A DNA stretch of 64,000 nt from the human T2T-CHM13v2.0 reference genome, Homo sapiens (GCF_009914755.1 NC_060934.1), one strand, 5' to 3'. Shown: positions 1-21,426, numbered from the stretch's first letter. Numbers and translations: made by a program. Notes: generated by a model not told the origin, from the letters alone.

Positions 1-750
1 TGTGCTGAGCAGAAGCCCCCACAGGTGCATCTGGTACCCACAAGGCATGAGCAGAAGAGAAAGACAGTTGACAGGTGCAGCTGGCTAGGAAGGGCAAAGA
101 CATGCCCAGACCCATGCATGGGTCCAGCAAAGTGAATTACCCTGGAAAAGATCCAAAGCAAAAAAACTTCTCCCAGAGGTGTGAGGGAGTGTGCACATGT
201 GTGTGTCCGTGAACACTCACTGGAGGTGTGATTGTATATGTGTATACACTGATTGGAGGTAGGCTGGGAAGCAATTGCACCCGTACATGATCACCTGCTC
301 CAGAAGATTAGACTGGGCAACACAGACCACCTGAGTCACAAGGCAGGCAGGACTAAGTGGTGCCACCTGCAGCAGACAGGACTGAATAAGGGAGTGTAGA
401 TATCCCTCTCAGAGCAACACTGGAGGCCACGAGGAAGCCCGCTCCCCACTCCTCTGACCTGCAGTCCATCACTGAAGGGGACTCTGCTGGGTGAGGGCGG
501 CAGCATGAGGGCCACAGCTGGTCCTGCACGGAGACTGAGAAGAGAATCTTGAAGTCACCTGGGAAACTGCTGGCTCAGGCTTACTGTTTGTGAAGGGTCA
601 AGATTAAGTTTCCCCCCACTTCACAGAAATGAGGGCTGGAAATGAAAAACTCATTTACACTTTGAAATTAACAGGGGGTTCCATGGTGCTCTCCAGTGTT
701 GTGTAGTGTTACAACTGCTCAATTTGCACGTGTTACATGTGTCCTTTGAT

Positions 751-1053
751 AAGTGTTTCCCAAACTACCGTTGTGTGTGATATTAGGCATCACTGTTATA
801 ATTTTTTCCAAATCTCAGTGCCACTTATACCATTATTTATTTAATATTTTTCTTTACCTCAACTTGCGTTTTTACTTAGCTCCATTCTAAGCAATAAAAT
901 GTCATGGGTTTGCTGTGCTCATTATACTTTTATCATATATTACATTTAAATAAATACCTACTTACACCTGTTAAAATAAAAGGTATGATCTTTATACTAC
1001 TTAATATCATCTCACATACCATTGATAAGTGCCACATATTTTGGGAAACATGG
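751..1053. mobile_element. hAT-Charlie-type MITE (subfamily uncertain)
   Basis: Terminal inverted repeats aagtgtttcccaaa (751-764) and tttgggaaacatgg (1040-1053) around an AT-rich interior. Confidence 0.55.
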
Positions 1054-1818
1054 TACTACATAGTGTGTGAGGCCCCTCATTTTATCCGAACCATGTGAAT
1101 GATCAGCAGCATTCTACAGTAAGTGTCAGAAAGGCTAAGAAAGATTCTGTGAGCTGTTGGCATTTTTCTGATGGAGAGGAAGTTACTATGCCCTGTTTTA
1201 AGACTTTCTCTTCAAAAAATGTTCATCACTGAAGACATTTGGAAATATCAAGAACTTAAAAGGGAGCAGCTAGCTACTTCCATTTCCTTTCTAGGATTTC
1301 AGCATCCCAAGTGAGGTCAGCTTGGACAGAATAAGACCCATAATCTTTGGTGTTATCAAAAAAGATAAAGGGAAGAGAATAATTAAAGCAATTACAATAT
1401 GTAAACAATTTAGAAAGAGCCCACTGCTGCATTTAGTGTGGTGGAAGCAATACTGAAACAGAAAAACAAGAGGCCCTCCATCCCCATCTTGCCTCTGCCT
1501 CTTATTGGCTATCCTGGAGACCTTCAGGTAAACCTCTCCCTCCGGGTGGAACTCAGATTTTTCTTCTATGGTGAGGGGGTTGGATTACATCAACACTTCT
1601 TAAGCTAACATTATTGGATAGGCATCATTACCTACCAGTGCCCTAACAAGAAATAAATATGCAGTAGCAATCAATTTTTCTAAATTCTCTTACTCTCCTG
1701 GAAAAAAATTGCAACCACTGAATAAAGTAGTCTCTAAGGCATATTCAGAAGCCAACATTCCATCCAAGGTTTCATGAGGTCATCTCAGTGAGGAATTTTG
1801 GGGAAAGCAGTGAGGTCA

Positions 1819-2096
1819 GGCCGGGCACAGTGGCTCATTCCTGTAATCTCAGCACTTTGAGAGGCCAAGGTAGGAGAATGGCTTGAGCCCAGGAGTTCAA
1901 GATGAGCCTGGGCAACATGACAAAACCCCATCTCTACAAAAAAAAAAAAAACAATTAATTAGCCAGGCATGGTGGCACATGCCTGTAGTCCCAGCTATTT
2001 GAGAATCTGAAATGGGCTTAAGCCCAGGAGGTTGAGGCTGCAGTGAACCATGATCACACCATTGTATTCCAGCATGAGTGACCACGTGACACCCTA
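1819..2096 (+). mobile_element. AluJ
   Basis: ggccgggcacagtggctc start, two arms, J-type ttgagcccaggagttcaag and ttgaggctgcagtga. Confidence 0.9.
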
Positions 2097-2835
2097 TTCC
2101 TCCTACTACTCCCAACAAAAAAAAGAAAGTGGTGGGGTCCTGGAGCAGTTAAAGTAACCACGGAACTCACCAATGAGCAGGGATTGGTATTGATATATTC
2201 ATCATGGAGGTGGATGGGGTTCTTTCTCCTGCCCTTGGAGGAGAAATTCATGGTTAGATATATGAAAACTAAAGCTTCACCTCAAATGCATTTCCACACC
2301 TCCTCTCCCTTCCTTTTCCTCCAGCTGACCCTCTGAGTAGGCTTCCTCTGGAGGCACTCAGGCCCAGCCCAGAGGCACTGCAGGAGTTAAATCATCCTGG
2401 CTCCAGCCTGGTCTGGCCTATGAGCTGCAGTGCAATTGGAAGCTGATCAGGTTCCAGGGCACTGATTTTCTCTTAGGTAATCTTACTTTTACGTTTTCTG
2501 CTCTGCAAAACATGTTCGAAACCAACAATAACATTTGACTTTGTATTGACAGAGGCAACGCTTTCAAGATGCACAAAATTGCTTGAAGATTTATAGTCAG
2601 CTGAATTTTCATTTTTCACTCCTATAACCATGGCCTTGGTTTTTTTATCTTGACAAGCATATCTCCCTCTATACACGTTTGTGTACCATAATCCCTTGTT
2701 GCTCTTGTGTGACCTGCCTTAGAATGGTATGTAGCTGCAGGGTGCAGGGATGAGTCCATACCTCTGGTAGGGGCTGCACACACCTGATTCAATCGCATAT
2801 CTTTTAGTTGTGTGGCAGGCTTAATGCAGGCATAG

Positions 2836-3508
<673 letters not shown>

Positions 3509-3809
3509 CATAGGCACATTTAATCTACCCCAAAGACCTCTTCCAGGCTTGCCTTAAAACCAGAAGACGGACCCAGTTCCCCTGCAGCAACTAGAAATGG
3601 GTTAATTTCACTCTTATTCTCTTCAAAATGATTTTGAGCTCAGAAATGAAGACCTTCATCCAGGCCAAACTGGGGTATTCCAGCTAGTAGGGTTCTGGTC
3701 TAGGATTCCTACCCAGCACTCAAGGCCATGCACAAATCAGCCCTAGTGCCCCATCCCCACCCAAGCTCCCTCCACAGGCCCTCGTGGACCAGTAAGAGCT
3801 AAAGCTAAG

Positions 3810-4015
3810 TAGATACCGTTCTAAGCACTGTACACCTATTGGCTAACTTCACACATAGGACAACCCTGTGAGAAAACAGTATGGCCACCACCATTTTGCA
3901 GATGGAGAAACACTGAGACAGAGAGAGAATAAGCAACTTGCCTAAAATCACAGGGATTCTCAGCAGTGGAGCTGATATGTAAACCCAGGCAGCCTGCCTC
4001 CCATACCAGCTTGCT
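3810..4015 (-). mobile_element. MIR
   Basis: MIR core: cattttgcagatggagaaacactgag...aacttgcctaaaatcacag...aacccaggcag. Confidence 0.75.
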
Positions 4016-4658
4016 CACTCTCATGGCACGGAAAGGTGTCCACCTGCTGAGCTCTTGACCTGCTTTCACTGATTGTAGCACAAAACCACGAGCAAGATCC
4101 AACTGAAAAGAACTGTGACTCAGTTCTGGTAAAACCCCTCCTCGACCCATGAAAGGCAGGCCAGAGAGTCACAGCCAGGAAAAGGATGTATGTAAGACTA
4201 ACAGAAATGCGGGTAAGGGTGTGGGATAGCCTGTGAGCACTGGCCCTGAGGCAGTTCCTCAGGCAGGAGGGACACCTCCCTGCACCTGCTTATGCCCGCT
4301 GAGGCTGCCTGCCCTGTGAAACTGAGGCCAAGCGAGGATGCATCTCTACTAGGGTACTCCAAATAGAAACATCTTATATGACAATGACTTTTTCCCTGTA
4401 TGGTATTTATTACTAACTCTGAATCATTTTGTTTCTTATATGATTTGCCAATAAACTCTGAAACGTCTTATTTTCTGATGGAGACACTGTTTTCTCTCTG
4501 TCTCTCCCTCACACACACCAGTTAAACTGGGTAATTCCTAGTGCCTGCCCACACCTTCCTGCAAGTGCTTCCTCCACCTAGAACTGCACTTAAACTACTG
4601 TAGCTGTGTGTCAGGGTCCTCTCTAATATTGAAAGTCCTGCTCAAATGCTACCTACCC

Positions 4659-4969
4659 AGCCAGGTGCAGTGGCTCACACCTGTGCTGGCTCACCTCACA
4701 CTTTGGGAGGCCGAAGTGGGACCAGCATTTGAGGCCAGGAGTTGGAGACCAGCCTGGCCAACATGGCTAAACTCCATCTGTACTAAAAATAGAAAAAAAT
4801 TAGCCAGGAGTGGTGGTGTGTGCCTGTAATCCCAGATACTCAGACAGCTGAGATGTGAGAATTGCTTGAACCAGGAGGCGGAGGTTGCACTGAGCTGAGA
4901 TTGCACCACTGCACTACAGCCTGGGCAACAGGTGAGACTCTGTCTCAAAAAAAAAAAAAAAAAAAAAAA
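4659..4969 (+). mobile_element. AluS
   Basis: Dimeric Alu with A-tail. Confidence 0.9.
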
Positions 4970-6286
4970 GTGCCACCTATCTTAGAAAGCTTTCTTAATG
5001 TCTCCAGGAAAAGTAATCATAATCTTTCTCTTCTGTAAACTAAGAGCTTTCTACTTTAGCTCCTTTCTGGTTCCTTTATCTTGCATCTCACCTTCCTGTT
5101 CCCCTTGAGGTTGGAGTACCTTGCATTGACTTCCACTTCCATAGTGGATAGATCAATAATCAATACTAATCAAAAGATATTTGTTAAGTTTACTTTGATA
5201 CATTTCATCCCCAGTGATGGCTGATGTTAGAAATTAGATTGTGATGATCATTCATGATGTCTGCTGACCGGAGGAAGATTAAAAAGAATCAAGACAATAG
5301 AAAGTGCAAATGGTGATGAATATTTGATTCAAAACAAGAAGGCAAAAAATAATTATGCATCCCACTTGTTATACAAGGAAACATTGTAAATTTATATTAA
5401 GTAAGGAGCCTACCGGGTAGAACTAAGATCCTGAAGTTATCTTCACCTTACTGCAGCAAATTCTGTAGTCCACAACCTTAATTCTTCTTTCGGTATAATA
5501 TACAGACATTAATTGCTCAAATTTTTAAAATATCTCAGCAGGGCAAATTATTATTTTAATATTCTTCCTCTAACCCTGCCACCCTCAAGTGATACTGGTG
5601 AATGCTTTAAAATATGTAAAGATATTCAATGCCTCAATTATCCTCTGGGAATTTTAACTGTTGTTTTCATGTACATTAATAATTTTTCAGTGTAATTTTT
5701 CCCAAGAGAATGTATCAAAAAAAAGTATGCATAGATTTACATATGTAATTGCTAATAAACCTCCCAAGAAGAAAATAGCCTTCCATCCAGGTGGAAACAA
5801 TATCACTTTAAATCAAAGCTTAATAATCATCAAAGTATTTTTACAAAGTTATAGAAGAATGCTAGGCTATAAATCCAAAGCAATCAGAAAATATCAACAG
5901 CAATTTTGACAAGTGGCTACTCACTTGACAGTTGTGAGCACACTGCAATCTCTATTATGCCTTATCTGCCATTTTGTGTGCCCAGAATGTGTATACCCTT
6001 CTTATTTGAAAGTAATTCCAAGAGAGTTGGGTGACATAGCCCTATGTCCCATCATGAATACCAAAGGAGCAGACATTTCCTCTCCCAATTCCCTGGCTAC
6101 TCAGGTGTAAGCATGTGATGATGAACCTTGAGGAAGTAATAAAAAAGCCTGGAGAGAAACAAAAATTATTAGGATTCACTAATGTCTAGAGTCCAACAGA
6201 AATTTATAGAAAAGGCAGCATCTCAAGTTGAGATAACAGTATCATGCATATGTTTCTTTAAGTCCCTATCTGATAGAAAAAAGTGT

Positions 6287-6420
6287 AGCCCAGGCACAGT
6301 GGCTCACAGCACTCTGGGAGGCCAAGGCAGGAGGATCACTTGAGGCTAGGAATTCAAGACCAGCCTACACAACACAGGGAAACCTTGACTCCATTTTTAA
6401 AAATAAATGTAAAAAAATAA
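6287..6420 (+). mobile_element. Alu monomer (FLAM/AluJ left arm)
   Basis: gcccaggcacagtggctcac...gaccagcct followed by an A-rich tail. Confidence 0.75.
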
Positions 6421-6577
6421 ATTTATATATATATACATATAAAATATCTACAAGCAACTTAATGTGATGTCTGAGATTGCTTCAAAATAACTCCAGCAAA
6501 AAACAAAATTAATGTTTCAGTGGGGAATAAATTAAATAAGATTGGCAGAATTCTAACAAGGAATCTGAGAATGGATA

Positions 6578-6996
6578 TGATCTGGTTTGGATGTTTGTCC
6601 CTCCAAATCTCATGTTGAAGGTGATCCTCATTGTTGCAGGAAGGGGCTTAACAGAAGGGGTTTGGGTTATGGGAGTGGATCCCTCATGAATGGTTTGGTG
6701 CTCTCCCAACAATAATGAGTGAGTTCTTGCTCTATTAGTTGCCTCAAGACCTGCTTGTTAAAAAGGACCTGATACCTCCTCCTCACTCTCTTGCTCCCTT
6801 TCTCGTCATGTGACGCTCCAGTTCCCCTTCCCCTCCACCAAGACTAAAAGCTTCCTGAGGGCCTCACGAGAAGCTGAGCAGATGTGGGTGCCATGCTTGC
6901 ACAGCCTGTAGAAACATGAGTCAAATAAACTTATTTTCTTTATAAATTACCCAGTCTTGGATATTCTTTTATAGCAATGCAAAATGGACTAACACA
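6578..6996 (+). mobile_element. MST (MSTB-like) MaLR solo LTR within an old L1M 3' fragment
   Basis: tgatctggtttggatgtttgtcc...aatggactaacaca; TSD GGATA at 6573-6577 and 6997-7001. Confidence 0.88.
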
Positions 6997-7080
6997 GGAT
7001 ACATGGAGTTTCATTTTATTCTGCTATTGTATATGTTTAAACATTTTCATAAGAAGCTGAAACTCTTAAAATTTCAAGAG

Positions 7081-7406
7081 GGCCAGGCACAGTGGCTCGT
7101 GCCTGTAATACCAGCACTTTGTGAAGCCAAGGCGGGCAGATCACTTGAAGTCAGGAGTTTGAGACCAGCCTGGGCAATATGGCAAAACCCCATCGCTGCT
7201 AAAAATGCAAAAATTAGCGGGGCATGGTGGTGCACACCTGTAGTTCCCATTACTTGGGAGACTGAGGCAGGAGGATGGCTTAAGCCCAGGAGGCAGAGGT
7301 TGTAGTGAGCCAAGAGCATGCTACTGCACTACAGCCTGGGTGACGGGAGTGAGGGAGTGAAACCCTGTCTCCAAACAAACAAACAAAAAAAAAAAAAAAA
7401 AAAAAA
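7081..7406 (+). mobile_element. Alu (J/S)
   Basis: Dimeric Alu with (caaa)n/A tail. Confidence 0.9.
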
Positions 7407-7745
7407 GGTCAAGAGCACAGGCAGGGAGCATCCCAGGGCAGTGGTATGTTTGGAGGCAGTGGTGCCCCTGGGAGTACTGGAAAAGGAAGCAGCTTCTGCC
7501 TGCGTCTGCCCATGGCTGTACCCAGCTTCCCCACAGTTGCTGCCCATTTTCTGAGCTGGATTTTCTAGTCTTTGCAGCGATTCAGTGAAGTACCCATTAT
7601 CCTTACATTTTTGTTTTCTAAGTTCCTACAATTTGCAACCAAGAACCTGAATGGCAAAACCTAAGCAAAATAAAATCTCTGGAAGACTTCCGGGTTGTCT
7701 CCTCTGGTGAGTGTAACTAGTCAACATAAAACTGGGCCAAATACC

Positions 7746-12070
<4,325 letters not shown>

Positions 12071-12333
12071 ATGCTTTTAAATTTAAAATACTGGGACAGG
12101 TTTGGCAAATAAGTTTTAGAAGTACAGCTGTTCTCCCCTCCTAAGCCGCTGACTTTGGTAATTAATCTAACACTAATTACCTTCTTGTTATTCCTGTTTA
12201 TGGCCTCAGAATTTCTCAACACAGCTCTCCAGGCAGTGACTGCCTAACACAGCTGACCGGAAAATTAAAAGATATTTGCCATTCCCAGCCTAGGCAAAGC
12301 AAAACAAACAGGAAAATCTGCTACCATCCCTAA

Positions 12334-12633
<300 letters not shown>

Positions 12634-14206
12634 TAATGTATTTTTAAGGTGATTATAAATGAGTTCATGATTATCATGTCCACCCTCTCCTCTCTCCAAG
12701 TTGTAAAGGTATAAATGACATATACATTGTATTTGGTATGAGTTAATATCAGGAACTCCTCAGAAGAAAACTTCACTGTAAGGGAATATTTCTGGACCTG
12801 AGGGCTTTAGAATCCCTTTTGTTCAATCTTATCTCTATCAGCTAAGTTGTTTGCCACAACCACAAACCACCACACACCTACACACACACACTCGTTTCAT
12901 AGTGGAGTTTTTTTAAGTGCTCCCAAGAAATGAAGGCCATGTGAACTGGCGTTTCCCAGCACTGGAGGAGCTGCTAAACACTATACTATAAAGTATCGCT
13001 TCTAAAACTTTCTCATTGTAGGTGTAGAGGAGAGTAAATAGGATCAAGCCTTACTTCCCCCAACAGATCACCCACACAGAGGGTAGAGTTCAGAGAAGCT
13101 GCCACAGCAGAAAATTCCTCATGATTTCTTTCAAATTGATCAAAATGTTACATCCTATTTTATAATACTTGTATTTGTTTAAATACAAAAACAATTACTT
13201 TTCCTCAAAAATTGATATTTCAAGAAGGAACATTAGCTTCACCTCTGCCCCATTTGGCCCTGGGATCTCCACACCCCAGTTGGAGAACAAAGGGGAAAGA
13301 AACTGGGCTTAGGGTTCAGGTCTGCTAGTAGAGCTGTTGAGCTTGACAGTAACCTTGGATCTGTCAGTTCTGCTCGCTGTGCCTCACCAGGATGTAACAG
13401 GATGGAATGAGGGGCTCTGTGGGACATTATTTTCCTGGAACTGGCAACCAAAGCCCATGGCTAAAATCCAAAGAGAGCAAGTGCCCTTCTTCAAAACTCA
13501 CCAGCAGGAACCAATTCAAGGTTTGCTGAGAGGGGTCATTTCAGCTAGAACTGCACTTCCACAGTCACCAACCCCCCTCTCATGTGCCCAGGAGAGGGAG
13601 GGAGAACAAGGTCTCCAAGTGGGGAAAGGAGCAAAAGAATGCTTACGGTGACAGACATACTTTTCCTTAGCCAACCTGGAAGAGAGGGAGGCCCCAGGAG
13701 AGTTCCCCACAAAGCCCGCAAGGTGAAGGAGCCCACAAGGGGGAGATTTACATCACTGACCTTGGTGTTTTCCTGAGCGCTGGGACTCCTAGCAGGATAA
13801 AAAGGCAGAAAAGGGTTCTGGGAATGGGCTCTAGAGTTTGAGCCCCAAGAGATACAGAGAATAGGCTTGGCCATGTCCAGAAACCCCAGGTTTAGGCTAT
13901 GGAGACTGGTTGAGCTTAGAGCTCTCAAGGATGTTGGATAAAACTGGAAGCCACAGTTTAGCTTTAGGTTAGCTCAAGGGCAGGAAAGTCAGACAAGCAC
14001 CCTCCCAGAGGCACTGCTAGACATCAGTGGGCCTGTTGGACACTGCCCATCCTCTCTGAGTCAGAGAACAACAGGCAAAATCCATGGTGGTGACCAGTGT
14101 CAAGGAGAGAAATGAGCTCCAGTATTAGGGAAGCAACCAGAGGAACAGGGTGGGAGAAAGATAAGTGAAAGCCGTCTCTTCCCCACTTGCTCCTCCAGAC
14201 CCCTTG

Positions 14207-14338
14207 AGCAGGGCTCTCAATCTTGGATCACATTAGAGTCACCTGAAGCCTTAAACCCCAGCATCTCTGGCAGGAGGGCCCAAGTGTCAGGACTTGTAAA
14301 GCTCTGCAGATGTTACCAATATGCAGCCAAGACTAAGA
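14207..14338. mobile_element. MER5-type hAT fragment
   Basis: tctcaatcttgg..cacattagagtcacctg...aatatgcagccaag pattern. Confidence 0.55.
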
Positions 14339-14843
14339 GGAGGAAACTAGAACTGATCATGAGGCTAGAGTTTTAAAATGCATGGGAGTGAGTCACAAAA
14401 CTGGAATGAGATTGTTTCATCACTAAAAGTGGCTGGAAACATAACACTGGGTAGAAATCTGAAGACACTCTTAGCACAGAGAAAATGTAGCAGTGTTCGG
14501 AAAAACAAAATTGTTTTATGTTTATATTCCCAAAGAGCCAGAAATCTTCAATCACATTAGTTATACATGAAATGGGGGTAAAAAACATCTAACTCATATG
14601 GTTATTTGGAGATACAAGAGGTATGTGGAAGGTTCATTAGGGCAGGGATTCTTTGTTTTGTTCAGTCCTAAAGTTTTTGCCTAGCACATGGTGGGCTCTC
14701 AAAGGTACTGCTTGGATAATAAATAGTTACGGGCAAGTACTAATCAAACATAAGCTTATGTTAGAGATGCCTATATCCCTGCAAATTAGTCAGCTCTTCT
14801 TCATTTAAGTTCCCCAGAAGTGGAACCTGAGTCAAGGACATGG

Positions 14844-15299
14844 TGTTATGCCAGACCCCTGCTAACTCCACTAGGGGCAGCACCAAGTTTGAGAGGCTGA
14901 GGAGAAGATCAAAAGCCAGCAAGAGAGACACAGGGTTTATTGAGAGGAACTTACACACAAGGCAGCCCAGGGGCTGCAGGCTGAACGGGAGAGTGGCTGC
15001 TGCCTGTGGAAAGTGAGCAGTTTATATAGAATTTTCACTTAACACTCTTCCCCCTAACAACCTCCACCTGGCAACATTCATTTAACCAAAAACAAAGGGC
15101 CTCAATCCCCTGTATGTCCCCCGTTCCTCAGGAGGGGGATGGGCCAGCAGCTCAGATGTTCCTCATAGATAAGGAATGAATGGCCGGGTTGGCCACACTT
15201 GGAACTCCCAACACACATTCAGGTGTGTCTGCCATTCTCAGTGTATACTTAAGTTATCCCTCTCAGGTGCATCTACCATACACATGTGTCTACCATACA
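14844..15299 (-). mobile_element. Solo LTR (LTR47-like, ERVL class)
   Basis: TG...CA termini; minus strand begins tgtatggtaga..gcacctga; TSD CATGG at 14839-14843 and 15300-15304. Confidence 0.7.
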
Positions 15300-15309
15300 C
15301 ATGGGTCAG

Positions 15310-16045
15310 GTGGTTTATTTGAGATGTGATCCCAGGAAGCCAGAGAGAGAAAAAAGAGAGGAGTGAGATAGGGAAGGAGGGAGAACCAATGAAGGGTGCT
15401 TGATTAGCTGGTGACTGTCATGAGAGATTAGGTTCAGTCCTATTAGGGGAGCCAGGCAGAAATGCAGCTCAGAATCATTGGTCCAGGGGCTGGGTGTGGT
15501 GGCTGACTTCTGTATTCCCAGCACTTTCAGAGGCCGAGGCAGGCAGATTGCTTGAGCCCAGGAGTTGAAGACCAGCCTGGGCAACATGAACATGAAGAAA
15601 CTCTGTCTCAAATTTAGCCAGGCATGGTGGCACACACCTGTAGGCCCATATACTCAGGAGGGTGAGGTGGTAGGATCACCTGAGCCTGGGAGGCAGAGGT
15701 GAACTGAAATTATACTGCAGCACTCCAGCCTGGGTGACACTGCAAGACCCTGTCTCAAAAAAAAAAAAACCATTGGTCTCAAAATCATTGAGAGGGTGAG
15801 GGCTGGGGCTAGGGCCTTTATCCATGGACACCTGTCCCAGTGGTTGTTGATTATGGTGGAGGCCTCAACTCCCTGACACTTCCAGGCTAGAGCACGTGGG
15901 CTGAGTGAGCTCCTTGCACACTGAATAAATACTTAAGGCAGAAAGAGCTGAGATCCATGAGTGCTTGTGGTGGGAGGTGGTCTGCCTGAAAGCTCCCACC
16001 ACACTACAGCCAAAAGCAGAGAAGGACTGAGGGCCTGTAGCAGGG
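15310..16045 (-). mobile_element. Degenerate MLT1/ERVL-type LTR interrupted by an AluJ
   Basis: ggtttatttgagatgtgatcccaggaag...caccaacagcatctgct pattern. Confidence 0.5.
15487..15769 (+). mobile_element. AluJ
   Basis: Dimeric Alu; flanking cattggtc duplication. Confidence 0.85.
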
Positions 16046-17242
16046 GACACCAACAGCATCTGCTCTGTGAATAATCAAGCGTTAACAGGTGTTAACTATT
16101 TATGAAGTTCCGTGCATGCCTCAGGAGACAGGCATGATAACTAATCACAGAACAATTTTATAATTTAAAAAGGGATTTGATTCTCTTCTCTGTCTAGACA
16201 GAAAATAAGCTAGGAAAATGACTCAAACCCTGGATGTTTAAACAGAACATTTTGTGTGCACCTTAAGATATGCAGTCTCTAGTGTGGAAAGTCAGATTAA
16301 TACACATTACTTTGCTTGGAAACTAATTAAATTTTTCTGTATGCCTCCTTGGCCTCTATCAATTAACTGTAATTTAAACTTTACCTGGATCTTTCCATAG
16401 AGGAAATAAAATACACAACCAAAGTTCTGGAAAGCAAACACAGTATTCTTAGGGGGAAACTTGTAAGGTATGAGATAAAAGCTGAGAATATGGTAGTTTG
16501 GACTTCAGCTGATTTCAGACTGTATTATTCAAGGAGGACAAGGCCTGGAAGGTACAAAAAAACTTAACAAATATGCTGACCTGCATTACCTATTTCAAGG
16601 GGATGTTAAGGCCACTCATTTCCCAAAATAAAGAACATCAAGCAGAGAAACAGATCAAACCATGGGGCAAAGGAAACTCTCCTACATAATATTGCTCCCT
16701 AGGCTTTTTCTTGTGTGGGTTCTAAATGCTTCTGCAGCCTAAACAAAGAGCTAGTAGAAGGAATGATCCAAATGAGAGAGGCACAAAACTGTCTTTGAAA
16801 GTGAATAGGACTTTGTCCAGCCCATCATAGCCTATGGGAGCTCATGTGGTGAGATTAGCAGAAATGACTCATTTTTCATTGGGTCATGCCCCTGAAGTGC
16901 CCTTTAAGTGTTTTTTGGAGTCCCCAGGTATATCTCAGGTGTATTTATGAACATGTCAGCTTCATCTGAGTGCTGCTATTGTTTCTCTATTCCCTGCCAG
17001 ATGTTGCCAGGATGTGTCCTTCTCCTGCTACAACTGAAACCTGGAACCCCCAAGATATCAACACTGCACAGCAGTCTCCCTTCCTTCATCTTATGCTCTG
17101 TTGCAGAAGTGTCAAAGCCATATGATTGATGCCCTCATGTCTTAGAGAAACAGCCTTGCCAGGTTTTATCTACAGCACACCCCTTCTCCAAGGGACACCC
17201 AATTATTGTATGAAATCCAAGGAGTAAAGAATTGGACCCAGT

Positions 17243-17530
17243 CAAGGCAAAGTGGCTCATGCCTGTGTCCCAACACTTTGGGAGGCCAAGGCAGGAGGAT
17301 TGCTTGAGGCCAGGGGTTCAAGATTAGCTTAGGCAACATAGTGAGACCCTGTTTCTATAGAAAAATTGGCCACGTGTGGTGGTGCACACCCGTAGTCCCA
17401 ACTACTCAGGAGGCTGAGGCAGGAGGCTTAGTTGAGCCCAGGAACTTGAGGCTGCAGTGAGCTATGATCACACCACTGCACTCCAGCCTAGGTGACAGAG
17501 TGAGACTCTGCTCTGAAATAATAATAATGA
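17243..17530 (+). mobile_element. AluJ
   Basis: gaggctgcagtgagctatgat diagnostic. Confidence 0.88.
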
Positions 17531-18154
17531 AATTTTTAGAAATAAAATAATTTTTAGAAAGACTCAGACACAATGGAGTGACAAACTCTTCAAAGCCCTC
17601 CCAATCACATCCTCTTGGCTATGGCTGGTTGAAGACTTCTTTGTTGTCATCTTTTATAAGGAAACTTCCTTTGGCTTTCTTTTTCAGGAGGCATCTTAGA
17701 CCCTTCAGCTTTGCCCCAGTGGTCCTAAACTCCAGTCCAGAACCCCTTTTATGACAATAAATGTGGTTGTTTTATTTTCTTTACTCAATTTTCAATGCTT
17801 GTTCTTCTTAATGAGCATTTTCACTACCTAATTGCTTAATTAGATTACAATAAACTTACAGGATCATGTCAAAAATGAAGATTCTGCTTAAGTAGATCTG
17901 GGATGGGCCCACGATTCTGCCTTCTTTACAAGCCCGCAGGAGATACAGATGCTTCTCGTCTTGAACCGACCCTTGGGAAGCAAAGTTTAAGGGATTTTCA
18001 GACACATATGACATTGTTCCAGTTTGACTAGGAAAATGAATGCATCCCTACATAGGAAGCAGTAGCAGGGAGCATATGTCTGAGAATGAATACCTATTCT
18101 TGAAAATGCCCAGAATGTGGTGCATGAACACACTCACATAAGCGTGCTCTACAG

Positions 18155-18340
18155 CAGAGGTTTTCACACCTGAGTGTGCATCAGAATCACCTGGAAGGCT
18201 TAGTAAACACAGACTGTGGGCCCCACCCCCAGAGCTTCCACTTTAGTAGGCCTGGGTTGGAGCCCAAGAATCTACATTTCTAACAAGTTCCCAGGTGATG
18301 CAAATACTGCTGGCCCACGGACCATTTTGAGAGCTGCTGC
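18155..18340 (+). mobile_element. MER5A hAT-Charlie MITE
   Basis: gcatcagaatcacctgga...ggccccacccccagag...catttctaacaagttcccaggtgatgc. Confidence 0.85.
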
Positions 18341-18768
18341 TCTAGCAACACTGAAACCAGTAAAACCTCCACTATAAGAAATGACAGTTTCCAGTCATCA
18401 GCGTGAGAACAAATTACCCTCTGGATTCCTGCGCCGCTACACAAAAATGTTAAATCATCTAGGCTGGACTTATCTGCCTTCTGACATATGTCCCCCCACC
18501 TTTTGCAAACGTTCACAAAGACCTTTCAATATTAATCTCCATATGTTTACTTTGACTTTTAACCTGGGTCTTTGTATTTGAAGTGGAATACCTGTAGACA
18601 ACATACAGTTGAGTCTTATTTTTTCAATTCACTCTCCAGTCTGAAAATCGGTCTTCCTATCAGTGTATTGAAACCACCTATATTTAAGGTGATTATTAAT
18701 AGAGTTAGATTAGTATCTACCACGTTTGCCACTGCTATCTATTGGTTGCATTTGTTCTTTCTTTTTTT

Positions 18769-18898
18769 AAAAAAAAAAAAGGTGATGGTGTCTCACTGTG
18801 TTACCCAGGTTAGTCTCAAACTCCTGGGCTCTAATGATTCTCCCACCTCAGTCACCTAAGTAGCTGGGACTACAACTGCATGCCACCGCACCCATCTG
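18769..18898 (-). mobile_element. Alu monomer (FLAM-like)
   Basis: gtctcactgtgttacccagg...gtagctgggactaca. Confidence 0.7.
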
Positions 18899-19483
18899 TT
18901 CTTTCTTTTTTTTTTTTTTGCCCTCCTTTTCCTTCCTTCCTTCTCTGGTTTTGAGTATTTGATATGATTGAATTTTATCTTCCTAGTGCACCCATTATAC
19001 TTCTTTTAAAATTTTCTACCTCTAAAGTATATCATATATATGTTCTTAACTAATCTAAATCTATTCTCAAATAACATCATAACTCTTCACATGTAGGGCA
19101 GGCACCTGATAACAAGCACCTGGTCCCAATTTCTCTCTAGCCCCTTGTGACATTGCATTCATTCATTTTAATTATCTACATGCTAATCATCACCCAATAC
19201 ACTGTTACTATTATTACTTCGAACAGTTCTCTTTTAGATCAATTAAGAATAAGAAAATAAATTATTTTATTTTACCTTTGTTTATTCCTTTACCAACACT
19301 CTTCCATTCTTTATACAGATCCAAGTTTCTCACCTGTATCATTTTCCTTCTGCCTGAAAACTTCTTGTAACATTTCTTGCAAGGAGTATCTGGTGGTAAA
19401 ATTTCTTTTCAGTTTTTATTGGCCTGAGAAATTATTTCTTCTTCATTTTAGAAGAATAATTTTGCTGAATATAAAATTCTAGG

Positions 19484-20973
<1,490 letters not shown>

Positions 20974-21068
20974 ATAAAATTCCAGGTTAGTGAGATTTTT
21001 CAATCAACACTTCAAATATTTCATTCCATTCTCTTCTTACTTGCATGATTTCTAATTAGAAGTTTGAT

Positions 21069-21426
<358 letters not shown>

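Noticed and set aside
14057-14834. Three TGAGTCA AP-1 motifs within 0.8 kb
   Set aside because: The motif is short and there is no independent support from sequence alone.
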